Below are positions 1-9,235 of a stretch of 64,000 nucleotides of DNA, piece after piece (within the stretch, counting starts at the first letter, position 1; each line of letters opens with the position of its first letter). The notes under the pieces are model-generated. The model had not been told where the DNA came from. It was given only the letters and a program-made list of their open reading frames with translations, and ran no database searches. A program made the position numbers and the translations under genes. The stretch is taken from the NCBI GenBank assembly GCA_900769465.1, contig CAAGGT010000154.1, positions 12,144 to 76,143 of the forward strand. Direction: 5' to 3'. Origin of the DNA: Bacteroidaceae bacterium (GTDB taxonomy: Bacteria > Bacteroidota > Bacteroidia > Bacteroidales > Bacteroidaceae).

Positions 1-323
1 GCACCGTTAATATCAACAGCCACGCTATCAAAAGCTAAAGGATTCACAACCATAGCCGCATTGCCGGTATATGTTATCCCCACCATTTGTGGTAGCACTG
101 CATATTTTATGCTGTCAATATCAGCAATGGCAAGTTGCTCCCGGCGATAGGTATCAAAGGCAATAATAACAAGTTCCTTGGCATCATCAAAGAATATGCT
201 ATCTACGCGTTCCTGCGCAATACACTTCACCTCACCGTTTTTCATGTGGAAGCGCACATCCTTGTCGGCAAAAGCAGACAGCACCGACAATGTAAATATA
301 ATAGAAAGCAATGTCTTTTTCAT
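1..323 (-). CDS. secreted hypothetical protein, N-terminal part only (ORF runs off the left window edge)
   Basis: My own reverse-complement translation from the ATG at 323-321 gives MKKTLLSIIFTLSVLSAFADKDVRFHMKNGEVKCIAQERVDSIFFDD... and stays open to base 1. The N-terminus is signal-peptide-like. The start overlaps the upstream stop as ATGA (320-323). It is absent from the ORF track because there is no stop inside the window. Confidence 0.55.
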   Translation of the reverse strand, partial: MKKTLLSIIFTLSVLSAFADKDVRFHMKNGEVKCIAQERVDSIFFDDAKELVIIAFDTYRREQLAIADIDSIKYAVLPQMVGITYTGNAAMVVNPLAFDSVAVDING

Positions 324-790
324 CGGTTCAGAATTTTATAGGTACAACCATTCAACTTTAGAACATACACTCCCATCGGCAATGTTTTCATATTATATGA
401 CAATTCACCGGAACATATATCATCAAGTACCTGCTTGCCGTCGCAACTACATAACCGCACTGCGACCGGCACCTCGCAACTGACACGTAGCACTCCATCA
501 TCTATTGCAAAAACAGCACAAGAGGAGACCGTCACAACATCTGTACCCATCTCGGCCTCACTCTCACCAAAAACGACACAATCAATCCAATCCGTATTCC
601 ACTCCATAGCAGAACCATCCTTCAGATCAACAAGCATCGCACCATTATAGAATGTGATACGCCTTATATTTTTAAGAGATGCGCTTGACGTAGCATTAGA
701 GGTCATTATAACCAAATCCTTATCCGGAAAGGCTGCAATAGACAGGTGTACTACGTTGATAAAAAACAAAAATAAAAATAACCGTTTCAT
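320..790 (-). CDS. small secreted protein with probable T9SS (Por) C-terminal sorting domain
   Basis: ORF track 320..796 uses a TTG start. I prefer the ATG at 790 (MKRLFLFLFFINVVHLSIAAF, a signal peptide). The C-terminal ~65 aa (...VAVRLCSCDGKQVLDDICSGELSYNMKTLPMGVYVLKLNGCTYKILNR) fits the usual type-A T9SS CTD pattern (LP.GVY.vKl...K.l at the extreme C-terminus). Confidence 0.6.
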   Translation of the reverse strand: MKRLFLFLFFINVVHLSIAAFPDKDLVIMTSNATSSASLKNIRRITFYNGAMLVDLKDGSAMEWNTDWIDCVVFGESEAEMGTDVVTVSSCAVFAIDDGVLRVSCEVPVAVRLCSCDGKQVLDDICSGELSYNMKTLPMGVYVLKLNGCTYKILNR

Positions 791-917
791 AAACAAATGA
801 TTAATTCCGAAACGAAAGTATCATTTAAAAGAACGGCCTTATGTTAACGAGTGTTAAATATAAAAATATATTATACAAACTGCAGGTTTTTAAAAACTAA
901 ACAGCACATAAAGAACA

Positions 918-944
918 GCCCCGGGGATTATTAATCTCCGGGGC
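918..944 (-). terminator. hairpin downstream of the RND pump gene
   Basis: GCCCCGGGGA-ttattaa-TCTCCGGGGC stem-loop lies 24 nt past the stop of the 968..4048 gene. The flanking T-run on the minus strand is weak. Confidence 0.35.
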
Positions 945-967
945 AAAGATTTATATATAACTCTAAT

Positions 968-3900
968 TTACACCCAACCCTTGCGAACTACCCAACGATA
1001 TACCGCAGGTACTACAAAGATGTTGAGCAGTGTAGATGACAGCAAGCCGCCAAGTACAACCACAGCCATTGGGCTCTGTATCTCGTTACCCGACGCCGAA
1101 CCGTTGACAATCATCGGTACAAGTGCCAGAGCAGATGTGAAGGCTGTCATTAGAATAGGAGTCAACCTGTCGGCTGAACCGGCTATTATCACCTCGTCAA
1201 GCGCAATACCTTCACCTCTTAAGTGCTGATAACGCGACACAAGCAGAATTCCGTTGCGAGTAGCTATACCAAAGAGAGTTATAAGACCAATGATTGCAGG
1301 GATACTCATTACAGCCGATGTAAAGTATGTTGCAAGCACACCGCCAATCAAAGCCAAAGGCAGGTTCAGCAACACCACAGTCGACAGCAGCATACTCTTG
1401 AACTCAGTGTATAGCAGCACAAACACCACAAGTATTGCCACAAGCGTGGTGAGCCACAGGGTGCGCGATGCCGAATCGGCACTCTCGAACTGGCCGCCAT
1501 ACTCAAGGCGGTAGCCCTCGGCAAGTTGCAGTTCCTTCTCAAGATGCGCCTCGACACGCTCAACCGTTCCTGCCACATCGCCACTTGCAATGTTTGCCGA
1601 GACAACGACCTTGCGCTGCACATTCTCGCGGCTTATGCTGCCCGGACCGCCCACCGACACCACATCGGCCACAGATTCAAGCGGCACCTTGCCCTCGGGT
1701 GTATCTATAAGCGCCTGCTTTACACCGTCAATGCTCTCGGTATAGTCCTTGTTGAGTCTCAAGACAAGGTCGAAACTACGTTCCTCTTCATATATGCTGC
1801 CAACGACCTTGCCGGGGAAAGCTGCCTCTACAAAGGCATTGAACTCGCCCATAGTGATTCCGAAATGGGCCATCTTCTCACGATTTGCACGTATCTGGAT
1901 TTGAGGAATCTCAACCTGCTGCTCCACATTCACATCCACGACCTCGGGGAAGGCCTTCAAGAGTTCCTGTATCTCCACCCCCTTGCGGAAAAGGGTACTC
2001 AAATCGGGGCCGAATATCTTTATTGCAAGGTCGGCCTGTGTACCCGATACCATATGGTCAATGCGGTGTTCAAGTGGCTGTCCCACAGATGTCACCACGC
2101 CGGGAACCTTTGAAAGGCGCTCACGCACATCGGCCACGAATTCGGCTTTGCTGCGCCCGTCAAGTTTGAAGTTCACGTCAATCTCGGCACCGTTGGATGT
2201 CTGGGAATGCTCATCAAGCTCGCCACGTCCTGTGCGGCGCGCCGTACTTGTCACCTCGGGAATCTGCAGCAGTTCTTTCTCAATGACAGCACCCAACCTG
2301 TTACTCTCCTCGAGCGACACACCCGGACGGGAAACAGCCGATATTGTCAAGGCGCTCTCGTTGAATTCAGGCAGGAAGCTGCGACCCATTTGCGTAAACA
2401 GCAGCATACAGCCCACAAAGAGCGCCACCACACAGCCCACCACCAAGCGCGTGTGCCCTACCACCCAGACGAGAGCCCTGCTGTAACCAGCTATCAGCCA
2501 TCGGTCAACCCAGGTCTGCTTCTCGTTGCGGGCAAGATACCTGTCACCCGCAAGCATCACCTTGCAAAGCAGCGGAGTAACCGTCATTGCCACAACAAGT
2601 GACATCACAAGAGCAATCAGATAGGCCAATCCAAGTGGCTTGAGCATACGTCCTTCAAGGCCGCTCAAGAAGAAGAGCGGAGTGAAGGTGACCATAATTA
2701 TAAGTGTAGCGTGGATGATTGAGGCGCGTATCTCCGACGATGCCTCAAAAACAATCTGCAGCACCGGACGACGTTCCCCGACCGGCAGACGATGGTTCTC
2801 TTTCAGTCGTTTGTACACATTCTCGACATCAATGATGGCATCATCCACAAGCGAGCCTATCGCAATACACATACCGCCAAGAGTCATTGTGTTTATGTCC
2901 ATCCCCAACAGGTATAGTACAATTACCGTACCCAAAAGCGACAATGGAATGGCAAACAGCGAGATTACCGTAGTGCGGAAACTTGTCAGGAAAAGGAATA
3001 GTACCAATATCACACATATTGCACCCTCAATCAGCGAACGACCCACATTGTTCACCGATGACTGTATGTAGTCGGCCTGACGGAATATCCTTGTATCCAC
3101 CGTAACATCTTCGGGGAGCGACTTCTGTATTCCTACCAGGTTGCGTTCTATGTTCTGCGTTACCTCGAGAGTGTTGATTCCCGGTTGCTTGGAGATTGAG
3201 AGAATAACCGCCGGTGTTCCATTCTGCGCCGCATAACCCTGTTTCACTGCGGGAGCAACCACAACATCGGCAACATCGGCAACCCTCACTGCGGCATCAC
3301 CGTTCATCTTCACCAATGTGCTTCCAAGTTCACCGACATCGCTTGAACGTCCCATTCCTCGCAAGTTATACTCGTTGCCATAGTCACGCACCACGCCGGC
3401 ACCAATGTTCACGCTCATTGCAGCCACAGCATCCTCAAGCTCATCCATAGCCACGCCATACATATCCATCTTTACAGGGTCGGCAAGCACCTGGTACTGT
3501 TTGTAGTCACCGCCGATTATCGTTACATTGGACACGCCGCCTGTAGCAAGCACAGCAGGCTTGACAATCCACTCGGCCAGTGTGCGGAGTTCCATCATTG
3601 ATGTACTGTCGGCCTGCATACCCACGAACATTATCTCACCCATTACACTCGACTGAGGAGCCAACATAGGCACAACACCCTCGGGCAATTGTCCGGTGAG
3701 AAGTCCCATCTTCTCACTGATAATCTGGCGCGCCCTGTATATGTCCATACCCCAGTCAAACTCTACCCACACGAACGAGAACCCCTGCGACGACGACGAA
3801 CGCACACGTCTCACATTGGTTGCTCCGTTCACAGCCGTCTCAATGGGGAACGTGACAAGGCGCTCAACCTCCTCGGGAGCCATATTGTGTGCATCAGTGA

Positions 3901-4048
3901 GTATAACAACCGTCGGCATTGTCAGGTCGGGGAACACATCAACCTCGATATTCTTTGCCGAGTATGTACCGCCAATCACCACAAGCACAACCGCCAGCAT
4001 AACCAGCAGCCGGTTGTTCAAAGAGAATTTTATTATCCTGTTCAACAT
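968..4048 (-). CDS. heavy-metal efflux RND transporter permease (CusA/CzcA family)
   Basis: ~1026 aa, 12-TM RND architecture. The start MLNRIIKFSLNNRLLVMLAVVLVVIGG is typical of the HME-RND (CusA/CzcA) family. I chose the ATG at 4048, which sits 13 nt after the adaptor stop, rather than the overlapping track start at 4090. Confidence 0.9.
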   Translation of the reverse strand: MLNRIIKFSLNNRLLVMLAVVLVVIGGTYSAKNIEVDVFPDLTMPTVVILTDAHNMAPEEVERLVTFPIETAVNGATNVRRVRSSSSQGFSFVWVEFDWGMDIYRARQIISEKMGLLTGQLPEGVVPMLAPQSSVMGEIMFVGMQADSTSMMELRTLAEWIVKPAVLATGGVSNVTIIGGDYKQYQVLADPVKMDMYGVAMDELEDAVAAMSVNIGAGVVRDYGNEYNLRGMGRSSDVGELGSTLVKMNGDAAVRVADVADVVVAPAVKQGYAAQNGTPAVILSISKQPGINTLEVTQNIERNLVGIQKSLPEDVTVDTRIFRQADYIQSSVNNVGRSLIEGAICVILVLFLFLTSFRTTVISLFAIPLSLLGTVIVLYLLGMDINTMTLGGMCIAIGSLVDDAIIDVENVYKRLKENHRLPVGERRPVLQIVFEASSEIRASIIHATLIIMVTFTPLFFLSGLEGRMLKPLGLAYLIALVMSLVVAMTVTPLLCKVMLAGDRYLARNEKQTWVDRWLIAGYSRALVWVVGHTRLVVGCVVALFVGCMLLFTQMGRSFLPEFNESALTISAVSRPGVSLEESNRLGAVIEKELLQIPEVTSTARRTGRGELDEHSQTSNGAEIDVNFKLDGRSKAEFVADVRERLSKVPGVVTSVGQPLEHRIDHMVSGTQADLAIKIFGPDLSTLFRKGVEIQELLKAFPEVVDVNVEQQVEIPQIQIRANREKMAHFGITMGEFNAFVEAAFPGKVVGSIYEEERSFDLVLRLNKDYTESIDGVKQALIDTPEGKVPLESVADVVSVGGPGSISRENVQRKVVVSANIASGDVAGTVERVEAHLEKELQLAEGYRLEYGGQFESADSASRTLWLTTLVAILVVFVLLYTEFKSMLLSTVVLLNLPLALIGGVLATYFTSAVMSIPAIIGLITLFGIATRNGILLVSRYQHLRGEGIALDEVIIAGSADRLTPILMTAFTSALALVPMIVNGSASGNEIQSPMAVVVLGGLLSSTLLNIFVVPAVYRWVVRKGWV

Positions 4049-4061
4049 AACGATGCCCTGA

Positions 4062-5645
4062 TTAATGTACGTGACCGGCGTGAGGGTCAAGTGCCGCAGC
4101 CCCCTGCGACAGTTTCAGAATCACACCACCCTTGCTGACAATGCGCTCACCCGGCACAACACCCTCCAGCAGCTGCACGTTACGGCCATCTGTAGCCCCC
4201 ACCTTTACGCTGCGCTTTTCAAAAGAGACTGGATTATTCTGCACAAACACGAACATATTGCCCATCTCCTCAACAAGCGCCGTGCGTGGAACGCTCACAT
4301 AATGGGCAGCCTCATCAACCGACGAGAGATACAGAGTGACAATGCTGCCGGCAACAACACCCGGCAACGCCGCGCAGGATACCGTAACAGGCAACATATT
4401 GCAATTGTTGGCCACGCTGCCCACAACCGTCACTCCGCCAAGTTCATCGGCGTTGTAGACATTACCCAGAGCAGTCTCTATATTCACCGTCGCCACATTC
4501 TGCAACATTGCAGCAAAGCGCACGGGCAATTCGGCAACAAGATTCACTCCACCACCACGCTGCACAACGGCAAGCGGTGTGCCCGGCTCCACATAATCAC
4601 CATTGTCAACAAGCAATGTCGCTATATACCCGTCCATAGATGATTTCAACGTCACCTTTCCGGCACCGAAGTTGCGTTTCATACTTGCAAAGCGCGCCTC
4701 GGCCTGACGATATGCAGCCTCGGCTGCCTGATATTCACGTTCCGACACTATCTTGTCAATGAACAGATGTTTCTTTCGTTCAAAATCGGCCTTCGCAAGT
4801 TCATAATTGCTTTCAGCCTCGGCAAACTTGACCGCAGCGTCGTTGTCGGTAACGTCGCCACCCTCGAGATTGAAAAGCGGTCTGTCGGCCGTCACCTGCA
4901 TACCGGCAAGCACATTACCGGCGAACTGCACCTTGCCGCTTGTCGTAGCCACTATTGTAGTGAAGTCTCCCGGCTGTGCCTCGGCTCTTGCAGCCACCTT
5001 AACTGCGCCTGCGAAATTGCTCTCTGCCGCAATCTCTGTTGCAAAATCCACCTTCCAGCTCTGCTCCTTGGCAAATGCCACGTCGCCACTCTTGCCCGGC
5101 GTCTCTGCGCCATGCCCGGGATGCGGGGCGTGGCTATGGCTGTGAGCATCGTGGTTGTGCCCATCGTGCGCATGTGAATGCGAGTGTCCATCATGTGAGT
5201 GTGAATGTCCATCGTGCGAGTGTACGTCAGCGTGTCCGCCACAGCACTCTGTCACGCATACATCAAAATGCGCTGTCTCCTCGCCAACGGTAACATAAAG
5301 CATCCCGTCGCCGGCAGCTTCGGGTGTCAGTTCAAAATGGAACATACCATCGGCTTGGGCATCAGACGTTGCAGTGTGGCTCTTGCCACCCGCCCGCAAC
5401 AACACATCAGCCTTACCGGCCCCGAAAGGCTTGAAGTCGGCCAAATCAGTAACATAGAGAGTAATGCAGGCCTTTTTGCCCACCTCGAGCCCCTCGTGTT
5501 GCATGAAAAGTTCTGCATTGTGCGTGTATGCAGTATAGCTGTGCATATGCACGTGTTCCTCATGTACATCGGCACTCTTGTGGTTGTGTGGGGCACAACT
5601 GCACATAACCGCAGCAGCTATCAGAGTGAAAAATATCTTCTTCAT
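4062..5645 (-). CDS. efflux RND periplasmic adaptor (CusB/CzcB-like) with N-terminal His-rich extension; lipoprotein
   Basis: Start chosen at the ATG at 5645 (MKKIFFTLIAAAVMCSC, a lipobox). The C-terminal ~370 aa have the membrane-fusion-protein pattern (coiled-coil hairpin AEAESNYELAKADFERKKHLF...EAAYRQAEARF plus barrel domains). The N-terminal ~170 aa carry GGHADVHSHDGHSHSHDGHSHSHAHDGHNHDAHSHSHAPHPGHG. Confidence 0.85.
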   Translation of the reverse strand: MKKIFFTLIAAAVMCSCAPHNHKSADVHEEHVHMHSYTAYTHNAELFMQHEGLEVGKKACITLYVTDLADFKPFGAGKADVLLRAGGKSHTATSDAQADGMFHFELTPEAAGDGMLYVTVGEETAHFDVCVTECCGGHADVHSHDGHSHSHDGHSHSHAHDGHNHDAHSHSHAPHPGHGAETPGKSGDVAFAKEQSWKVDFATEIAAESNFAGAVKVAARAEAQPGDFTTIVATTSGKVQFAGNVLAGMQVTADRPLFNLEGGDVTDNDAAVKFAEAESNYELAKADFERKKHLFIDKIVSEREYQAAEAAYRQAEARFASMKRNFGAGKVTLKSSMDGYIATLLVDNGDYVEPGTPLAVVQRGGGVNLVAELPVRFAAMLQNVATVNIETALGNVYNADELGGVTVVGSVANNCNMLPVTVSCAALPGVVAGSIVTLYLSSVDEAAHYVSVPRTALVEEMGNMFVFVQNNPVSFEKRSVKVGATDGRNVQLLEGVVPGERIVSKGGVILKLSQGAAALDPHAGHVH

Positions 5646-5692
5646 AGTAATTCGTTTTTGTAAACCAGATAGGGAATCAACGATTCCTTGTG

Positions 5693-6616
5693 TCACTTTA
5701 TATAATTCTCGGCCCACTCCTTGTCAATATAGTTCTCAATGAGAGTGCAGGCGTGAGCGCTGAAATCCAAACCATTGGATATTACAGCATTCCATTCTGC
5801 GACAGCGAGTTGCGACAGTTTATCGCGTGTCACCTCACCCTTGACAAGGCCATACAGCACACCGGCATTGAAGTTGTCACCTGCTCCCACCGTACTCACC
5901 ACCTCTACCTGCGGTACGGGGTATGTTGCCACTGCGCCACGTGTAAAGAGCTTGACATCGCCGCTTCCATTGGTGAAGATAAAGTTGCGGCAATAGAATT
6001 TTATCTTCTCGTTATATATCTTCTCGGCATCGGTCATCTCATAGAGATATCTGAAATCATCGGCCGAACCACGTACGATATCGGCAAGTTCAAGATTCTC
6101 AATCAGCGCCTCGGCAAGCTTGATGCGCTCGGTAACGTGGTTCTTCCTGAAGTTTATATCATAGAAAAGCACCGCGCCCTGTTCGTGGGCATACTCCAGA
6201 AAGGCCTTCGTCTTGTTGCGCAGCACAGGATTCAGCACAAAGTATGAGCCATAGACAACAATATCCCCCTCCTTCACCACAGGAAACTCCACCTCGAGAC
6301 GGTTGTTGGGATAATCCTTGTAGAAAAGATATTCCGCATCATTGTTCGCGTTAAGGAAGGCGAGCGCCAACGGCGACTTGCCACCCGAGAAACAGCACAC
6401 TGCCGACGAACCCACATTGTTGTTGCGCAGATGCTCCAGAATTATGTTGCCGATGCGGTCGTCGCCCACCTCACTGATGAATTCCACAGGCACGCCGCAC
6501 CTTCCCAAAGAGATTATACAATTATAGACCGAGCCACCGGGCACAGCCTTCACAGGGGAGTCGTTCTTGAACAATATATCAAAAACAGTTTCTCCTATAC
6601 CAATTACTTTCGCCAT
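5693..6616 (-). CDS. PfkB-family carbohydrate kinase (fructokinase-like)
   Basis: 307 aa. N-terminal GIGETVFDI...PGGSVYN and C-terminal GAGDNFNAG motifs are characteristic of the ribokinase/PfkB family. Confidence 0.8.
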   Translation of the reverse strand: MAKVIGIGETVFDILFKNDSPVKAVPGGSVYNCIISLGRCGVPVEFISEVGDDRIGNIILEHLRNNNVGSSAVCCFSGGKSPLALAFLNANNDAEYLFYKDYPNNRLEVEFPVVKEGDIVVYGSYFVLNPVLRNKTKAFLEYAHEQGAVLFYDINFRKNHVTERIKLAEALIENLELADIVRGSADDFRYLYEMTDAEKIYNEKIKFYCRNFIFTNGSGDVKLFTRGAVATYPVPQVEVVSTVGAGDNFNAGVLYGLVKGEVTRDKLSQLAVAEWNAVISNGLDFSAHACTLIENYIDKEWAENYIK

Positions 6617-6629
6617 TTTTTCCTAGTTC

Positions 6630-7163
6630 CTACTTTATTAATTCCTCAAGTTCGGCAATACTGTTTGCCACAACCAGACATTTATCCATACCGCCACGCA
6701 CAAAACCCGCCTGCGACATCTCTTCCAACGTGGCATAGAGAGAGTCCCAATAACCATTCACATTGAACAGTACCACACGCTTTGTGTGATAACCTATCGT
6801 GGCTGCAGCCATAACGTGGAAAATCTCATCAAGAGTACCCACTCCACCCGGCAATGCCACCAGGACATCACTGCGCTCAAGCATAATGTCCTTGCGTTCG
6901 CTCAGGTTACGGCAACCCACAAGCTCGTCGGGCAATGCACTCACCCGGTCACGTTCCACAAGAATATCGGGCACCACACCAACTATGCGTGCCCCGGCAA
7001 GCTTTGCTGCCTTTGCAGTGGCCTCCATAAGGCCGAAACGCGCACCGCCATACACTAGCACGGCACCGATACGGCCAAGCATGGCTCCCACCTGAGCCGC
7101 TGCCTCAAAATAACCCGGAGCGATATTATCCGACGCGGCACAAAAAACTGCAACCTTCCTCAT
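6630..7163 (-). CDS. LOG family / TIGR00730-type Rossmann-fold nucleotide-binding protein
   Basis: 177 aa with the PGGVGTLDE motif and VYGGARFGLMEA, the signature of LOG/lysine-decarboxylase-like proteins. Confidence 0.8.
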   Translation of the reverse strand: MRKVAVFCAASDNIAPGYFEAAAQVGAMLGRIGAVLVYGGARFGLMEATAKAAKLAGARIVGVVPDILVERDRVSALPDELVGCRNLSERKDIMLERSDVLVALPGGVGTLDEIFHVMAAATIGYHTKRVVLFNVNGYWDSLYATLEEMSQAGFVRGGMDKCLVVANSIAELEELIK

Positions 7164-7170
7164 AATATAC

Positions 7171-9012
7171 TTACAATGTCTGCATATCGTTAAGGCGTTT
7201 GTACACGCCGTTCAACCTGATAAGTTCATCGTGCTTTCCGCGCTCCACAATCTCGCCGTCGCGCATTACACAAATCTCGTCGGCATTCTTTATTGTAGAC
7301 AAACGGTGTGCAATGGCAATGGTGGTACGTGTCTTCATCAGGCGCTCAAGAGCCTCATGCACCAGGCGCTCACTCTCTGTGTCAAGAGCCGATGTCGCCT
7401 CGTCAAGAATAAGTATGGGCGGATTCTTGAGGATTGCACGCGCAATGCTTATCCTCTGTCGCTGACCGCCCGAGAGCAGACAGCCCCTGTCACCCACATT
7501 GGTATCATAACCTTTCTCTGTCGCCATAATGAAATCGTGGGCATTGGCAATCTTTGCAGCCTCCACCACCTGTTCCATTGTAGCATTCTCCACGCCAAAG
7601 GTAATATTGTTGTAGAACGTATCATTGAACAGGATAGCCTCCTGGTTCACATTGCCTATGAGCGCACGTAGCGATTTCACCTTCATATCCTTCACGTTCA
7701 CGCCGTCAATGGTTATCTCGCCCTGCTCAACATCGTAGTAACGGGGTACAAGGTCCACCATTGTCGACTTTCCGCTGCCCGACTGTCCCACAAGCGCAAC
7801 AGTCTTGCCCTTCTCAATCTTCAGATTTATATTCTTGAGTACATCACGCTCCCCGTCGTACGAGAATGTGAGATTCCTGTACTCGATACACTCTTTCACA
7901 TCGGCCGGCTCCACGCCCTTTTCACCGTCGACAATGGGATTCTCGGCCTGGAGAATGGCATCGACACGTTCCATTGAAGCCAGACCGCGGGGAATGGTGT
8001 AGGAAGCTTTTGAAAGTTCCTTCAACGGATTGATGATACTATAGAGTATTGTGAGATAGTAGATGAACGCAGCAGCCGAGATGGGCGAGTTCTCGCTCAA
8101 GATGAGCGTTCCGCCAAACCACAACACCAGCACAATGATACCCGTTCCCAGGAATTCGCTCATGGGATGCGCCAATGCCTGTCGCGTGGTGACGCGCATC
8201 ACGGCATTACGCAACTCGTTGCAGCACCTCTTGAAACGGTCGGACATCTTCTTCTCGGCAACGAACGCCTTTATTATGCGCAAACCGCCTATCGACTCGT
8301 CCATCTGCGATGTCGTTTCACCGAACCTCTGCTGCACCAGAAGCGACTTTGCCTTGAGCTTGCGGCCAATTGTACCCATCACCCATCCGAGCAAAGGCAT
8401 CACCAGAATGGTGAAAAGAGTAAGTTCCCAGCTCACATATATCAGCGTCACAAAATATATCACGATAAAGATAGGGTTCTTTATGAGCATATCCAGCGAA
8501 GTCACAATGGAATTCTCCACCTCAATCACATCACCCGTCATACGCGCAATAATATCACCCTTTTTCTCTTTTGAGAAGAACCCCAAAGGCAACGACACCA
8601 GTTTGTCATACATCATGGTGCGCAAATCGCGTACAATACCCGTACGCAACGGTATTATGGCCGCCGATGATGCAAAGTAGCTGGCAGTCTTGAGCAGTGT
8701 CATCAATATCAGGAACACTCCAAGCAACAACAGCATTGACGGTGCGCCGTAGTCAGCCACAAAGTCATTCATAAAGTATTGCAGGTTGTTCATCATCACA
8801 TCCTTCGCATTTCCCGAATCCATCGCGCCCCACTCAATGAAATCCACCTCCACAGGCTCCGCAACCTTGAACAATATCTGCAGTATAGGTATCAGCACCA
8901 TAAAAGAGAACACATTCAGCACCGCCGACAACAGTGTAAAAGCTACCGACAGCACCAGGTATTTCCTGTAAGGGGGGACAAACCTTTTCAGTACTTTAAA
9001 GAATTCCTTCAT
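7171..9012 (-). CDS. ABC transporter, fused permease/ATPase exporter (MsbA-like)
   Basis: 613 aa. N-terminal multi-TM domain followed by an NBD with Walker A GQSGSGKST, signature LSGGQRQR and Walker B ILILDEATSALD. Confidence 0.9.
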   Translation of the reverse strand: MKEFFKVLKRFVPPYRKYLVLSVAFTLLSAVLNVFSFMVLIPILQILFKVAEPVEVDFIEWGAMDSGNAKDVMMNNLQYFMNDFVADYGAPSMLLLLGVFLILMTLLKTASYFASSAAIIPLRTGIVRDLRTMMYDKLVSLPLGFFSKEKKGDIIARMTGDVIEVENSIVTSLDMLIKNPIFIVIYFVTLIYVSWELTLFTILVMPLLGWVMGTIGRKLKAKSLLVQQRFGETTSQMDESIGGLRIIKAFVAEKKMSDRFKRCCNELRNAVMRVTTRQALAHPMSEFLGTGIIVLVLWFGGTLILSENSPISAAAFIYYLTILYSIINPLKELSKASYTIPRGLASMERVDAILQAENPIVDGEKGVEPADVKECIEYRNLTFSYDGERDVLKNINLKIEKGKTVALVGQSGSGKSTMVDLVPRYYDVEQGEITIDGVNVKDMKVKSLRALIGNVNQEAILFNDTFYNNITFGVENATMEQVVEAAKIANAHDFIMATEKGYDTNVGDRGCLLSGGQRQRISIARAILKNPPILILDEATSALDTESERLVHEALERLMKTRTTIAIAHRLSTIKNADEICVMRDGEIVERGKHDELIRLNGVYKRLNDMQTL

Positions 9013-9037
9013 ATAAGAGCGTTTTTATTTACTTTCG

Positions 9038-9064
9038 CAAAGGTACAAAATCTTGGCAAAGGTA
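9038..9064 (-). promoter_or_regulatory. two tandem TAccTTTG (-7 type) boxes upstream of the ABC exporter
   Basis: The plus strand shows gcaaaggtac twice (9037-9046 and 9056-9065), which is GTACCTTTGC on the minus strand. This matches the Bacteroidota -7 consensus TAnnTTTG. The proximal box is ~26 nt from the ATG at 9012. Confidence 0.4.
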
Positions 9065-9235
9065 CGCTTTTTTATTATTAAATATACTATTAGTTCAATA
9101 TTTAACACTGCATGTGCCAAAAATGGCCTGACATTGAAAGCACACATCCAGCAAAACACGCCACTGCTATTGCCTGTTTTGCAAAAAACGACTACTTTTA
9201 CGGCCGTAAAACAGAGGCAGAGAAAAGTTCGACAA

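Noticed and set aside
886-897. 12-bp perfect palindrome GTTTTTAAAAAC upstream of the T9SS-CTD gene
   Set aside because: An AT-only palindrome in an AT-rich intergenic region is expected by chance, and I saw no second copy or partner motif.
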